A stretch of 64,000 bases of DNA, from positions 480,190,001 through 480,254,000 of the forward strand of contig NW_027362764.1 in the NCBI RefSeq assembly GCF_046119375.1, given 5' to 3'. The notes beneath the pieces were generated by a model. That model ran no database searches. It had not been told where the DNA came from and worked only from the letters and a program-made list of their open reading frames with translations. The position numbers and the translations under genes are program-made. The stretch comes from Phyllobates terribilis. Lineage: Eukaryota. Each line of letters opens with the position of its first letter. Positions within the stretch are counted from its first letter, which is position 1. Shown here one piece after another: positions 13,712-25,688 of the stretch.

Positions 13712-13919
13712 CCTACATTGAATAAAACCATTGGAGACTGTAGATTAATGGAGTATTTGGGCAATCCTGGGTGGGGAGTGATGAGAACTAGGCATTGCAA
13801 ACAAGTTCCAGCAGCTAGCACTTAGCAGAGCCGGATAGAGAAGGGAAGGGAAGAGAGGAAGGGAAGAGCTTGGGATGGGTCGCACCACTAGGAGAGGGGA
13901 GGATGGCGCTCAGCCCCTG

Positions 13920-14000
13920 CCCACCCCCTGCCTGGAGCTGACGTGAGGAGGCTGGCGATGCACCAGTTGCTTTTATATAGAGGATCCCCATTTATAGTCA
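13920..14000 (-). promoter_or_regulatory. nrn1: Candidate nrn1 core promoter
   Basis: TATAAAAG on the minus strand (13977-13970); CRE-like TGACGTGA (13939-13946); GC-box-like GGGGGTGGG (~13920-13928); CArG-like CCATTTATAG (~13988-13997). The TSS is not observable. Confidence 0.55.
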
Positions 14001-14240
14001 TCAGATGCTGGGACTAGCCACATACAACCACATTCACACCAGTTCCTATGCTTTACCGACCATATAAAGTGGCAGCAGTGACAGCAGAGGAGAGGCCTGG
14101 CAGTGGTTAGCCATGGCCTTACTGCTGGCTTTTCTCACAATTCTCCATCCTATAATGTGTGGCAGCCAGGTGGACCATGTACCAGGGCAGTGACACCTGC
14201 CACAGTCAGGTGCAGGGGAGACACCGCGGACACGAGTGGG

Positions 14241-14600
14241 GAGGGGGCCAATGACAGCACTGAGAGGGCCCCCACTGCTGCCGGGGAGGGGGCCAGTGAC
14301 AGCACTGAGAGGGCCCCCACTGCTGCCGGGGAGGGGGCCAGTGACAGCACTGAGAGGGCCCCCACTGCTGCCGGGGAGGGGGCCAGTGACAGCACTGAGA
14401 GGGCCCCCACTGCTGCCGGGGAGGGGGCCAGTGACAGCACTGAGAGGGACCCCACTGCTGCCGGGGAGGGGGCCAGTGACAGCACTGAGAGGGCCCCCAC
14501 TGCTGCCGGGGAGGGGGCCAGTGACAGCACTGAGAGGGCCCCCACTGCTGCCGGGTAGGGGGCCAGTGACAGCACTGAGAGGGCCCCCACTGCTGCCGGG
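14241..14600. repeat. GC-rich 45-bp minisatellite, 8 near-perfect copies
   Basis: Unit GAGGGGGCCAGTGACAGCACTGAGAGGGCCCCCACTGCTGCCGGG; single substitutions in units 1, 5 and 8. Confidence 0.97.
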
Positions 14601-14857
14601 GAGGAGCCGCAAAGGACAAGATGATGTAACCGATCCCTGACTCTCATCAACTCACCTACAGTATTCCTGCCATGTAGTAATGCCGGAGCCTCCTCAGCCC
14701 TCAGTCACACTGCCACTGTTCTCATTGACAGCTTATCTAGCTATAGATTCCTTTATTATCTATCTATTCATCTGTCATCTCTATATATTGGATCTATTTA
14801 TCTATGATCTATTATCCATCCGTATATCTAGCTATCCATCCATTTATCATCCATCTC

Positions 14858-14911
<54 letters not shown>

Positions 14912-15313
14912 CCTTATCTATTCATCTTTTATTTATCTATTCATTCATGATCTTTCTATAATCCAACCGTGTGGCTATTTATCCACCCATCCATCCATCT
15001 ATGATCTGTCTCATAGACATACAATTTGATTATTTAATTACCATTTTTCCTGCCCATCAACCTTTATTATGCCATTTTTTTCTATCCCATTTTAATTTGC
15101 TTATCTCTTTAAGTATATATGTGTGTAACCTAATACAGTATATTCTTTATCTCTAGCCAATTTATCTATATAACCTATTATTTTACTGTATCAATTATGT
15201 AGTTATTAAATCAACCAACATACAATCACCTCCTCACTTAATCTATTTATCTATCAGTCTATCCATCATCTATCTCTTCTTTCATTCTTTTCTTCTACTT
15301 CTTTCCTTCTCTA

Positions 15314-15454
15314 NNNNNNNNNNNNNNNNNNNNNNNNNNNNNNNNNNNNNNNNNNNNNNNNNNNNNNNNNNNNNNNNNNNNNNNNNNNNNNNNNNNNNNN
15401 NNNNNNNNNNNNNNNNNNNNNNNNNNNNNNNNNNNNNNNNNNNNNNNNNNNNNN
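15314..15454. other. Assembly gap (141 N)
   Basis: Run of N. Confidence 1.
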
Positions 15455-15510
15455 TTAACTTATAGTGTATTCTTAATGTGGAAATTGACACTTTGGTACT
15501 GATATGAATA

Positions 15511-15511
15511 A

Positions 15512-15580
<69 letters not shown>
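15511..15580. repeat. (TATC)n microsatellite; another at ~14858-14910; (TA)n tracts at ~1148-1193, 9935-9981 and 12929-12971
   Basis: Directly visible tandem tetra- and dinucleotides. Confidence 0.95.
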
Positions 15581-15581
<1 letters not shown>

Positions 15582-15589
15582 GGGTAGCA

Positions 15590-15650
15590 GTATTTATTTT
15601 ATTCACTCATATAGCGCCATTTATTCCACTGCGCATTACAGACATTTTAT
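15590..15650 (-). mobile_element. Short L2-type LINE 3' tail fragment
   Basis: Reverse complement TGTAATGCGCAGTGGAATAAATGGCGCTATA...AATAAATA resembles the L2 tail at 58259-58310. Confidence 0.5.
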
Positions 15651-18600
15651 CAAGCTACCTGTTATGTAGAGGAACTGCATGTGATCATAAACAGTAAATT
15701 GAATTAAATCCAAATATCTTCATCGCTTAAGAACTCATATTCTTTATCTATCGGTCCACCAAGTATAATAATCACCTCTTCTCATTACTCATAGTTATTG
15801 GGAGACTTATGGATCACTCCTGCCTCCTCCTGATATAACCTATAGAGCCTGCTTTTTGGCATATCCCTACAAAGATCTGCTTTCCTCTGACTGCAACCTC
15901 GGTTTCTCTAACCCCCCACTAATCACCCCCAACCTCAGCAGGATCCTCCTAGGTGACGTCAGCAGGGGATTGCTGTGACGTCAGCAGGGAGGTGAGTAGC
16001 GTTTCCCCTGCACCTGCTCAGCATCCTAATCGGCTTCTCTAAACCAAGGAGCCTGATAGACTTGGCTTCTGTCGGCTGCTCCAGTGGTGGAAGGGGAGGA
16101 GGGAGGGAATCCTTCCTGATCCAAGTGATTAAGCACTTTGTCCTTCCAGCTTGACTTCAGGATGCAGCACAGGTAATAGGAGGGAAAGCAAAAGCCCTTG
16201 AGCTGCCCCCTCCTCTAATCCCCCCGTGCTCCCCCACCTCCCGGTCCCCTATCTTCTCTGCCCCAATTTTCTGCCGCATTACATAGAGCATTCAGTCCAG
16301 GTCTGTTACTGAACAATGAGTCTGATAACCAAAATAAGATAATGCAGAGGCTTACCTGCAGTCCTATGTAAAGCCATAGCTACATCATGAGAACAGCACA
16401 ATAACACCATAAGGTGTACCATGCTGATTTTAAAGGACACGTTTTAGTTCTTCTTTTTTTTAAAATTTTTCCCAGCCAATTAGTTCACTCCTAGTTTTTG
16501 AAAAGAAAAAATAAAACGCATGAAAACACTAAAATCTGCATCAAATAGTAGGTGTGAATTTAGCCATGGTTGTTATAGTGTACATGAAATCTGAAATAAT
16601 TGGACTGTCCCACATGTTTTGTTTGGTATTAGTAGCAAGAAAGGAAATACTTCACATTTATCTTATAAATGTAATAATTATTATTGTAATCAGTCAGATT
16701 GTCAATATTTTCTGACAGGTTCTGCTAAATCTCCCTATATGTCCATCAGTGAAGAATTCTTAAATTAATTGCTGCATCTAATGTTCTTGAAACCATAGCC
16801 AGAAGGTAGATTTCCATATTTACATCATTCTTTTGGTGTCTCATTCATATGAGTAGGGTTTGCAGAAAACAATGCACATGTTGCAAAAAACCCTATTCAG
16901 ATATAGAGACTAGCTTTCTCAGTCTGTGCTTTACACTGTTAGCACGGTGTTGAAGGGGTTGTTCACCTTTGGGGTCTATTTTATTTTATTTTTTTTACTT
17001 AAATGCATATATTTGAGGCTCAAAATAATTTTTCAATTCAGCTTAAAGGGGCTGCCCACTACTCTGACAACTTCTTCTTAAATACAAAGTCATACAAGCC
17101 TTGGGAGATCGGGCACGAATGTTACTGGAATGGCACCGGTATGGCATGTGGGTATAAGGTGTTTTTATTTTACATTAGAGAATGAAGTATCTAAGAAGCA
17201 ATTGTTCCAATAGTAGGCAACCCTTTTCATTAAAAAATTTGCACCGTTTTGCTTTTCTTTTCCTACACATTCAACTTTGATGTGATCATAAATCAGCTGT
17301 AGAAAAGGAGGAGAAGTTCCAGCTCAGGAGTAGTCCAGAAAGTCTTCTTTATTAAAGATTAAAAACAGATACCATAGTACATTTCCAAAGAAAAGAGAGA
17401 GCAATGCGTTTCGAATGCGAGTGTTGCATTCTTTGTCAGAGCTCTGAAGAAGATTTTTTGGACTATTCCTGAGCTGGAACTTCTCCTCCTTTTCTAAATT
17501 TATGCTACAAAGTGGTTCCTCGTGTTCCGCGCTCCAGGACGCTAGAGCACAGGTGAGCTGGTGATTTCCCCTTTTTCTACTATTGTCATAAATCAGCTGA
17601 CAGGAGCTCAAAAAAGAGAAAAAAAAAAGAGATAAAACTCTCCAATTGGACCATTAGGCTAACCTCACTGACAGATTCTCAGTTAACCCATTCTAAAGCC
17701 AGCCATGACAGACCTTGTAGAAGGCAAATGATGCAAAATGTTTAATGAAACCCAATTATCAAAATGATTTTTAGCCAAGAATTCATGCAATTAACTAAGA
17801 AAAAAATGACACCAAAGGAGGAGAACCCCTTTAACATGCAAACAACATGCCCTTGCCCACAGGCGATAATCACCTCGGTATTACTTTGTTTGACTTGTGC
17901 CCCCCAAGACTGCTGCATTTTAGAGCATAATGTCTCCTTTCTACTGCAGTCTACTTTCTTACAGTTAATTAGGTCCCAGGGCAAAGCTCTACATGGCAGC
18001 TGTTTCCTTGTGGCTGTCTTCAGATAGGAATACATGTGGTTATAGGTTCCTACTTAGAGACATGAATCCTATTTTATGATCTTGAGCATGTAGTGTAAAG
18101 TATTCAGTCCATTCTTCCCTAGAGGTACTCTTATTCACTCACCATGTGGAATATTAATGGAGAATTAAGCATAAGTTTATCAGCATTATTCATTCCAAAT
18201 CCAAGTGTTACACCCTGAAAATGGGCAGATCAAATCAATGATTGCAATGTGTCCTGTAGGTATGGTCATAGGCACATGAATATGGAGCTGACCAAGCTGC
18301 TACTGAATTAGTTTTGTGATTGCTAATGATTGGTCACCACTTCACATTATTTAGCAAGATGACTGGTCATGTCATTGCTTTATGTACTGGTTGGCAGTGG
18401 CAGGCACCTGTCAAGGAGGTCACGTCAAAAGCAAATCAGAACCATGAGATTGACTCACATCCCATCCCAGGCTGAACTCTTATTTTCAATTTCTTCAGCC
18501 CAGTGAATGATAATTTGCCTGAAGGCATTAATCTGTAATAGTGCGGATTCCATACACACAAGTACACAGTGCAGTGATCTCAACCAAGTCTATAGATTAA

Positions 18601-19299
18601 TGGCCTAGATAAGAAATACTCAACCTATTATAAGAGACAGATTGCAGCACACAGTGGGGACTAAAGTCCAGCAGAAGACAACCTCATTTGGAGGTGGCTT
18701 TGGAGCCAGTCAATTACTATTAGGGTCTACTTGTATTGAATCACAACCTATTTGTGGGCTTATTGATGATATGTCATGGGTGTGTAATGGAGCTGGGGGC
18801 TGAGTCCTCCAGATCTTTCCCAATTTTGAACCCCTGAACCTTAGTGTGATTTTGATACTTATTAATATACAATGTAAAATTAAGACATGTTCAAGCATAA
18901 CATCTCACTTTCAGATGTTTATTCCATTGAGTGTGAGATGATTCCTGACAAGTGCACCTATTCTCGCTCATGCCCAGCCTTGTGCCACCGCCATCAGCTT
19001 GACTTGTGTTTGTTTAATGCTACTGGTAACAGGAACATAGATGTGCTAAACAGCCGACAGTTAAGCCCATGGGTTGACACTATCAACCACACCAGAATGC
19101 CAGCGTCTCTGCTATTTTCCATATAGCAGCTATTTTCCCCAATTGGGTGCCAAAAAAAGAAAAAAACATAGCCCTTGTAGCCAAAGTGGAGGTAAAGCTG
19201 CAGACATCTGAGCTCAGCAGTAGGACACCAGTGAAGCTAATCACAGCAGCTCTTCATCTTCAACTTGACATACCTGTTGCAAACAGAAGTCAGAACCTA

Positions 19300-20879
19300 C
19301 AGTTGTGCTCAAAAGTTTACATACTCCGGCAGAATTTTTCCTTTCTTGACCTTGTTTCAGAGAATATGATTGATAATAAAAAAACTTTTTCTCCACTCAT
19401 GGTTATTGGTTGAGTGAAGCCATTTATTGTCAAACTAATGTGTTTTCTCTTTTTAAATCTTAACGACAACTAAAAATATTCAAATGACCCTGATCAAAAG
19501 TTCACATACCGTGGTGATTTTGGCCTGATAAGATGCACAGAATTTGACACAAATGGCTACTAAAGGTAATATCCTCACCTTCAAGACAGACTCTTGCATC
19601 TTTCATCCAGCCACTGATGTTTCTGGATTGTGAGTCATGGGGAAAGCAAAAGAATTGTCAACGGATCTACGGGAAAAGGTAGTTGAACTGTATAACACAG
19701 GAAAGGGATACAAAAAAATATCCAAGGAATTTATAATGCCAGTCAGCAGCGTTCAAACTGTGATTAACAAATGGAAAATTAGGGGCTCTGTAAAAACCAA
19801 ACTATGGTCAGGTAGACCAACAAAAATTTTGGCCACAACTGCCAGGAAAATTGTTCGGGATGCAAAGAAAAACCCACAAATAAAATCAGCTGAAATTCAG
19901 GACTCTCTGAAAATTAGTTGTGTGGCTGTTTCAAGATTCACAATAAGGAGGCACTTGAAGAAAAATCGGCTGCATGGTCGAGTCACCAGTAGAAAGCCAT
20001 TACTGCACAAATGCCACAAAGTATCTCGCCTACAATACGCCAAACAGCACAGAGACAAGCCTCAAAACTTCTGGAACAAGGTAATTTGGAGTCATGAGAC
20101 CAAAATTGAACTTTTTGGCCACAACCATAAACGTTGCATTTAGAGAGAGGTCAACACGGCCTATGATGAAAGGAACACCATTCCTACAGTAAAGCACGGA
20201 GGTGAATCACTGATGTTTTGGGGATGTGTGAGCTACAAAAGCACAGGAGACTTGGTAAAAGTTGAAGGAAAGATGAATGCAGCACATTATCCGCAAATAC
20301 TGGAGGCAAATTTGCACTCATCAGCCCGGAAGCTGCGCATGGGACGTACTTGGACGTTCCAACATGACAACGATCCAAAACACAAGGCCAAGTTGACCTG
20401 TCATTGGCTACAGCAGAACAAAGTGAAGGTTCTGGAGTGGCCATCTCAGTCTCCTGACCTCAATATCATTGAGCCACTCTGGGGAGATCTCAATCGCGCA
20501 GTCCATGCTAGACAGCCCAGGAATTTACAGGAACTGGAGGCTTTTTGCCAAGAAGAATGGGCAGCTTTACCATCTGAGAAATTAAAGAACCACATCCACA
20601 ACTACCACAAAAGACTACATGCTGTCATTGATGTTAGAAGGGTCAATAAATGATATTAAGAACTGGGGGGTATGTGAACTTTTGATCAGTGTCATTTGGA
20701 TGTTTTTGATTGTCATTAAGATTTAAAAAGAGAAAACACAGTAGTTTGACAATAAATGGCTTCACCCAACCAATAACCATGAGTGGAGAAAAAGTTTTTT
20801 TGTTATCATTCATATTCTCTGAAACAAGGCCAAGAAAGCAGAAATTCTGCCGGAGTATGTAAACTTTTGAGCACAACTG
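19300..20879 (+). mobile_element. Full-length Tc1 DD34E transposon with IR/DR-type TIRs
   Basis: 211-bp TIRs (19300-19510 and 20669-20879), each with outer AAAAGTTTACATAC and inner AAAAGTTCACATAC direct repeats; TA TSD. Confidence 0.95.
19637..20653 (+). pseudogene. Tc1 DD34E transposase, inactivated
   Basis: One frame with an internal TAG at 20141; first catalytic D mutated to H (WSHETKIE); FQHDNDPKH to SPDLNIIE spacing is 34. Confidence 0.92.
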
Positions 20880-21313
20880 TATATTCCTACTATACACTTT
20901 GTAAAACCAAACCTTCTTGTCACACTCTCAACATAATGCCCAAGAATAACCAAAAAAGAGAATTAAAAGAACAGACAGATTAGATAGGAGTGTTATGGAT
21001 CCGGGTGGTGGAACCTCTGTGCTGCGGTGCAAGGAGGGACCCAGAGGGGCGTAACTAAGTATCAACTCGGACCGACCTAGGTCGTTCGGCGGCTAACGAC
21101 TCCGTGACCAAGGAGGGACCGAGCAGAGGGACCAGATGCTACTCTGGGGACGACCTTGTAAGAGAGAAGGTGACTCCCACGGGTCAGATGGCTGGGACTG
21201 ACCGATACTGCAGATGGGCACAGCAGGCAGGCTGACGAGAGATCCGGGTAGATGAACTGGCAGAGACAGCAGGCGACAGGCAGGAGCCTCTAGGTAGGCT
21301 GTCAGGTGGTCAA

Positions 21314-21589
21314 GGCAAGTGACAGGCAGGAGCCTCCAGGTAGGCAGACAGGTGGTCACGGCAAGTGACAGGCAGGAGCCTCTAGGTAGGCTGTCAGGTG
21401 GTCACGGCAAGTGATGGGCAGGAGCCTCCAGGTAGGCAGAGAGGTGGTCACGGCAAGTGACAGGCAGGAGCCTCTAGGTAGGCTGTCAGGTGGTCACGAC
21501 AAATGACGGGCAGGAGCCTCCAGGTAGGCAGACAAGTGGTCACGGCAAGTGACAGACAGGAGCCTCCAGGTAGGCAGACAGGTGGTCAC
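21314..21589. repeat. 46-bp tandem repeat inside element A LTRs (6 copies here, 4 copies at 34891-35074)
   Basis: Unit GGCAAGTGACAGGCAGGAGCCTC(C/T)AGGTAGGC(AGA/TGT)CAGGTGGTCAC. Confidence 0.92.
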
Positions 21590-22249
21590 TAGTGTTGAGC
21601 GAGCACTAAAATGCTCGGGTGCTCGAAGCTCGGGCCGAGCTCGCCGTGATACTCGGGTGCTCGACCCGAGCAACGAGCCCAATGTTAGTCTATGGGAGAC
21701 TCGAGCATTTTTGCGGTGGCACCCCCGGCAGTCTTTAAAAAGCCTAACAAGTGCCCAAAACGATAGTGACAGTGCTCAAATGACATGGGGACAGCATGGG
21801 GATCGCCCCAGGAAGCATTTCTGACCCCCAGGTCACTGCTGTCAACAACGTGGTCAGAGGTAGTAAGCCACTTTTACAGGCTCACAATAAAACGAAAGTG
21901 AAACTTTTTTCCTGTGAAATATGTTAAGGAACATCCTTTCCAGGGAAAAGACTTGTGTATAAGTTAAAATAAATGACCAAAAACAAAAATACTCCTCCAC
22001 ACCTTCGGCTATGTTCACAAGTGGCATTTTTTATGCGTTTTTGCACTTTTGTATTGCGTTCAACTATGACAAATGCATTCACCGGGAAATGTCATTTTAA
22101 CATTTTACAACCTTATCTGGCCATGTGCTGTGTGACACATGCATAAAGTGCTGAAAAGACATGGGAACAGCATGGGGAAGACCCCTGGAAGCATCTCTGA
22201 CTCCCAGCTCACTGTCTAAAAGTGTGCCCATCATAAGTGATCCTTGCCG

Positions 22250-23650
22250 CATCAGAAGATGCAGACTTGCAACTATCCCCATGCAAGTTCTAGTCCCAGG
22301 GCAGTGTTCAATTGTACCTCCCCCATTCCTTGCAATACAAGCGCAAGTATGCAGCCTGCCACCCACCCACCCCCAGGCTGCAATACCATACTGCTTGCTT
22401 GAACTTGAAATTGGGCCTTTTAGGCATGTGGAGGCGGAATCTGGCCACCACGTCATGGCTGTGTTAGCGGCCTGGAATCCATACTCTGTCCCCAGCCGCC
22501 CGGCGGCCGGGTGTCCATACTCAGTCCCCAGCCGCCCCGCGGCCGAGTGTCCACACGGTCCCCAGCCGCCTGGGGGCAGTCGGGTGTCCATAAACGGTCC
22601 CCAGCCGCCTCCATTTCTCCTTGGAACATCCCCCCACACATTTTTCTTAGCCCGGCCTGCTTTAGGCAGCATTGGACGAGTCCACCAGAGAACCAGACTC
22701 CTCCGGTGGGCCCTGACTTCTCCATCGGTGGAGTTGAGAATGCCAAGGTGAGGAGCATAATGATGATGACAGAAGTTAGCATCTGCTATGTTTTCTTTTA
22801 ATGCAAGTGTAAGTGTGCAGCCTGCCACCCACCCACCCCCAGACTGCAATTCATACTGCTAGCTTGCACTTGAAATGGGGTCTTTTAGTTTAGAGGAGGC
22901 CGAAGCTGGCCACTACCTCATGGCTGCTTCGGCAGCGAGGTATCCATACTCAGTCCCCAGCCGCCCCTATTTGTCCTGGTGTGCCTTATACATAAGATTA
23001 AGTGTGTATACCAAAACATTACCTGTGCCCTCCCCAGTGCATTTAGTGGGAAGGAGAGCCTATTCCGCTGTAGTGTGTGCATGCCAAACCCCTGTTCATG
23101 GTACATGCGAAGATGCCTCCCACCTTGCACCTGTCATTGCAGACTTGCAACTATCCCCATTCAAGTCCTTGTCCCAGGGCAGTGTTCAATTGTACCTCTC
23201 CCATTCCTTGCAATGCAAGTGCAAGTATGCAGCCTGCCACCCACCCACCCCCAGGCTGCAATACCATACTGCTTGCTTGCTTTCACTTTAAATTGGGTCT
23301 TTTAGGCATGTGGAGGCGGAATCTGGCCACCACGCCATGGCTGTGTCGGCGGCCTGGTATCCATACTCAGTCCCCAGCCGCCTGGTGGCCGGGTGTCCCC
23401 GCTTGCTCCCCAGCCTCCAGGGGGTGGCCGGGTGTCCATACTCGGTCCCCAGCCACCCCTATTTGTACCGGTAACCTTTCCCACACTTTTCTTAGCCTGG
23501 CCTGCTTTAGGGCAGCATTGGCCGAGCCCACCGGACTATCAGACTCCTCCGGTGGGCCCTGGCTTCTCCATCAGGGGAGTTGAGAGTGCCAAGGTGAGGA
23601 GCATGATGAGGATGATAGAAGTTAGCATCTGCTTTGTTTTCAAGGAATGC
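22250..23650. repeat. Internal ~880-bp segmental duplication within hAT-1 (plus a partial third copy ~22800-22980)
   Basis: GCAGACTTGCAACTATCCCCA at 22261 and 23139; GCAGCCTGCCACCCACCCACCCCCAG at ~22350, 22815 and 23228. Confidence 0.85.
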
Positions 23651-24132
23651 AAGCGCATGTATGTAGTAGTGGCTAGGCCTGAGTTGGTAAGCGTTTTGGC
23701 GCATATCCTACCTCCTCCGAGGATTGCTGGATGTTTTCCTGCTACTATCCAAGTTCTATGACTCCCGTTAAAACAAAGCTTCAGGTGATAAATTATGGAT
23801 GAGGTGGTGGCAAAGGAGAAAGAGCAGGAGGAACAGGGACCAATCACATCAATATCAGGCCAGGCAACCACATATGTCTTGTAGGATATGTTTCTGTAAC
23901 AAAAGGAGCGGTTCGGCTACACAGTTATAGGGCATACAGTGAGTGCAATGCCTACCAAAAATTTCGAGGCACTCCAATGCCCCTTGGAAATGACATGGAG
24001 GTCAGAGGGCGTTAACTAAACCTTTTTTTCCATTTATAGCAACTGGGTCTCCTGTGCACTGTTGGCCTAAGCAGTGAATGGAATGCTTTCCAAAAATTAT
24101 GAGGTACTGCAATGCCCCTTATAAGAGCCATG

Positions 24133-25157
24133 TGTGGCACCCCAGGGGTCTGGTCACCACAGTAATAGAGATTACGTCGGAGAGCAAGTGGGAGGTTTCC
24201 TGGTCAGGATCCCTTAAACATGCAACATCCTCCTGCCCCAGTCCTGGGAGGGGAGAATTCTGCCCTTATAAACTGGATCTGGGGTGGGGTTGAGTGAGTC
24301 AGAGAACAGAGAACAGTCAGAGTCAGAGTGAGAGCAAGGGAAAGTAACAGCAAGGAGCTCTGTAGGAGCTAGGAGCTAAAGACGAGGGGCTGGAAGCTGA
24401 GCAGAGCTCGCCCTGGCAGAAGACAATAGGAACCGGACACAGGAGTCCGAAGCTGTGAGGACTTATATATCCAGCAGCAGAAACCAACCGGCAGGGGATT
24501 TCAGGTCCTCTGGCCATAGAAGCCCGGAGGCTCAGTCACAAGCAAGGGACCAGCACCGCCGTCGTGGAGCGGAGGCTAACAGAAGGCCCCAAGTCACCAG
24601 CCATACGGGTGAGCACTACACGGTACACTCAGGGACGTGGGCTACTTCTACCCGCTTACAGCAAGGTAGCCAGGAAGAGTGCAGACAGACGGGGAGGCCT
24701 ACAACTCCACCTGGCCAGGGGAACTCCTGCTTGCTCACAGACTGACCAGGCCTCTTATGCTAGCCAGTACTCCTGGGAGGGTCTACCTTATAATCATCAG
24801 TAAAGACCGTGAACTGCACTGCAAAGACTCTGAGTCATTCCTGCTGCGCTCGTGCACCATCACCCCCATCATCCACACTCACTGCCCTGAGGCTGTACTC
24901 CTCCCGAGGGGAGTTATCCCATTTTATGCTGCGCACACAACACCAGCCTCAGCGGTCAGCCTCGCAGCGGTGGTACTCCCTGACCGCAATCCACGGGTGG
25001 CGCAGTCGGACAATTAACCTCAAAACCTAAGAACGATTGCCACTGGTTTGACCAGCCTGAGCCACGGGACCGGGTCACCGCCACGGAGACTACAGACCCC
25101 AGAGACCCTTCACTGGGTATCCCACACACGTGTACACACGGCCCAGGGGGCGCGTCA
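24133..25157. mobile_element. Solo Gypsy-type LTR inside hAT-1
   Basis: TGTGGCACCCC...GGGGGCGCGTCA ends; 4-bp TSD CATG (24129-24132, 25158-25161); interrupts a ~132-bp tandem repeat whose intact copies read GAGCCATGCAGTAC. Confidence 0.85.
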
Positions 25158-25688
25158 CATGCAGTACAGCATATTACAAACATAAGTCCCATTATTGGGG
25201 AGTGGGTGTCCCATAGTATTTGCTTATGCCTTGCAAGCAAAAGCTGCCAAAAATTAGGACGGAGCAACTTGCAATGCCCCTTATAAGAGCCATGCAGTAC
25301 AGCATATTACAAACATAAGTCCCATTATTGGGGAGTGGGTCTCCCATAGTATTTGCTTATGCTTTCCCAGCAAAAGCTGCCAAAAATTAGGACGGAGCAA
25401 CTTGCAATGCCCCTTACAAGAGCCATGCAGTACAGCATATTACAAACATAAGTCCCATTATTGGGGAGAGGGTGTCCCATGGTATTTGCTTATGCTTTCC
25501 CAGCAAAAGCTGCCAAAAATTAGGACGGAGGAACTTGCAATGCTGGCACCCTGGTGGTATAGTGGTGGTGGAGGCTGAGGATAAGGAGAAGAAGATTAAA
25601 CAGCTGAAACGAGGAAGCGTATACCCATGTGTGGGTCTGAAGCGGTGCATGTGAATACACCTCCCGAAATAACACAGTGGATTTGACT

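Noticed and set aside
14216-14236. REST/RE1 site (CACCGCGGACA)
   Set aside because: Only the central core matches; the left TTCAG and right GCGCC parts are absent.
14046-14650. Five overlapping repetitive ORFs (GEGASDSTERAPTAA etc.)
   Set aside because: Artefacts of a stop-free 45-bp repeat divisible by 3.
16950-17200. Kolobok/T2-type MITE ends (TTAAAGGGG...), also near 10-400 and 790
   Set aside because: Plausible, but paired termini could not be established by eye.
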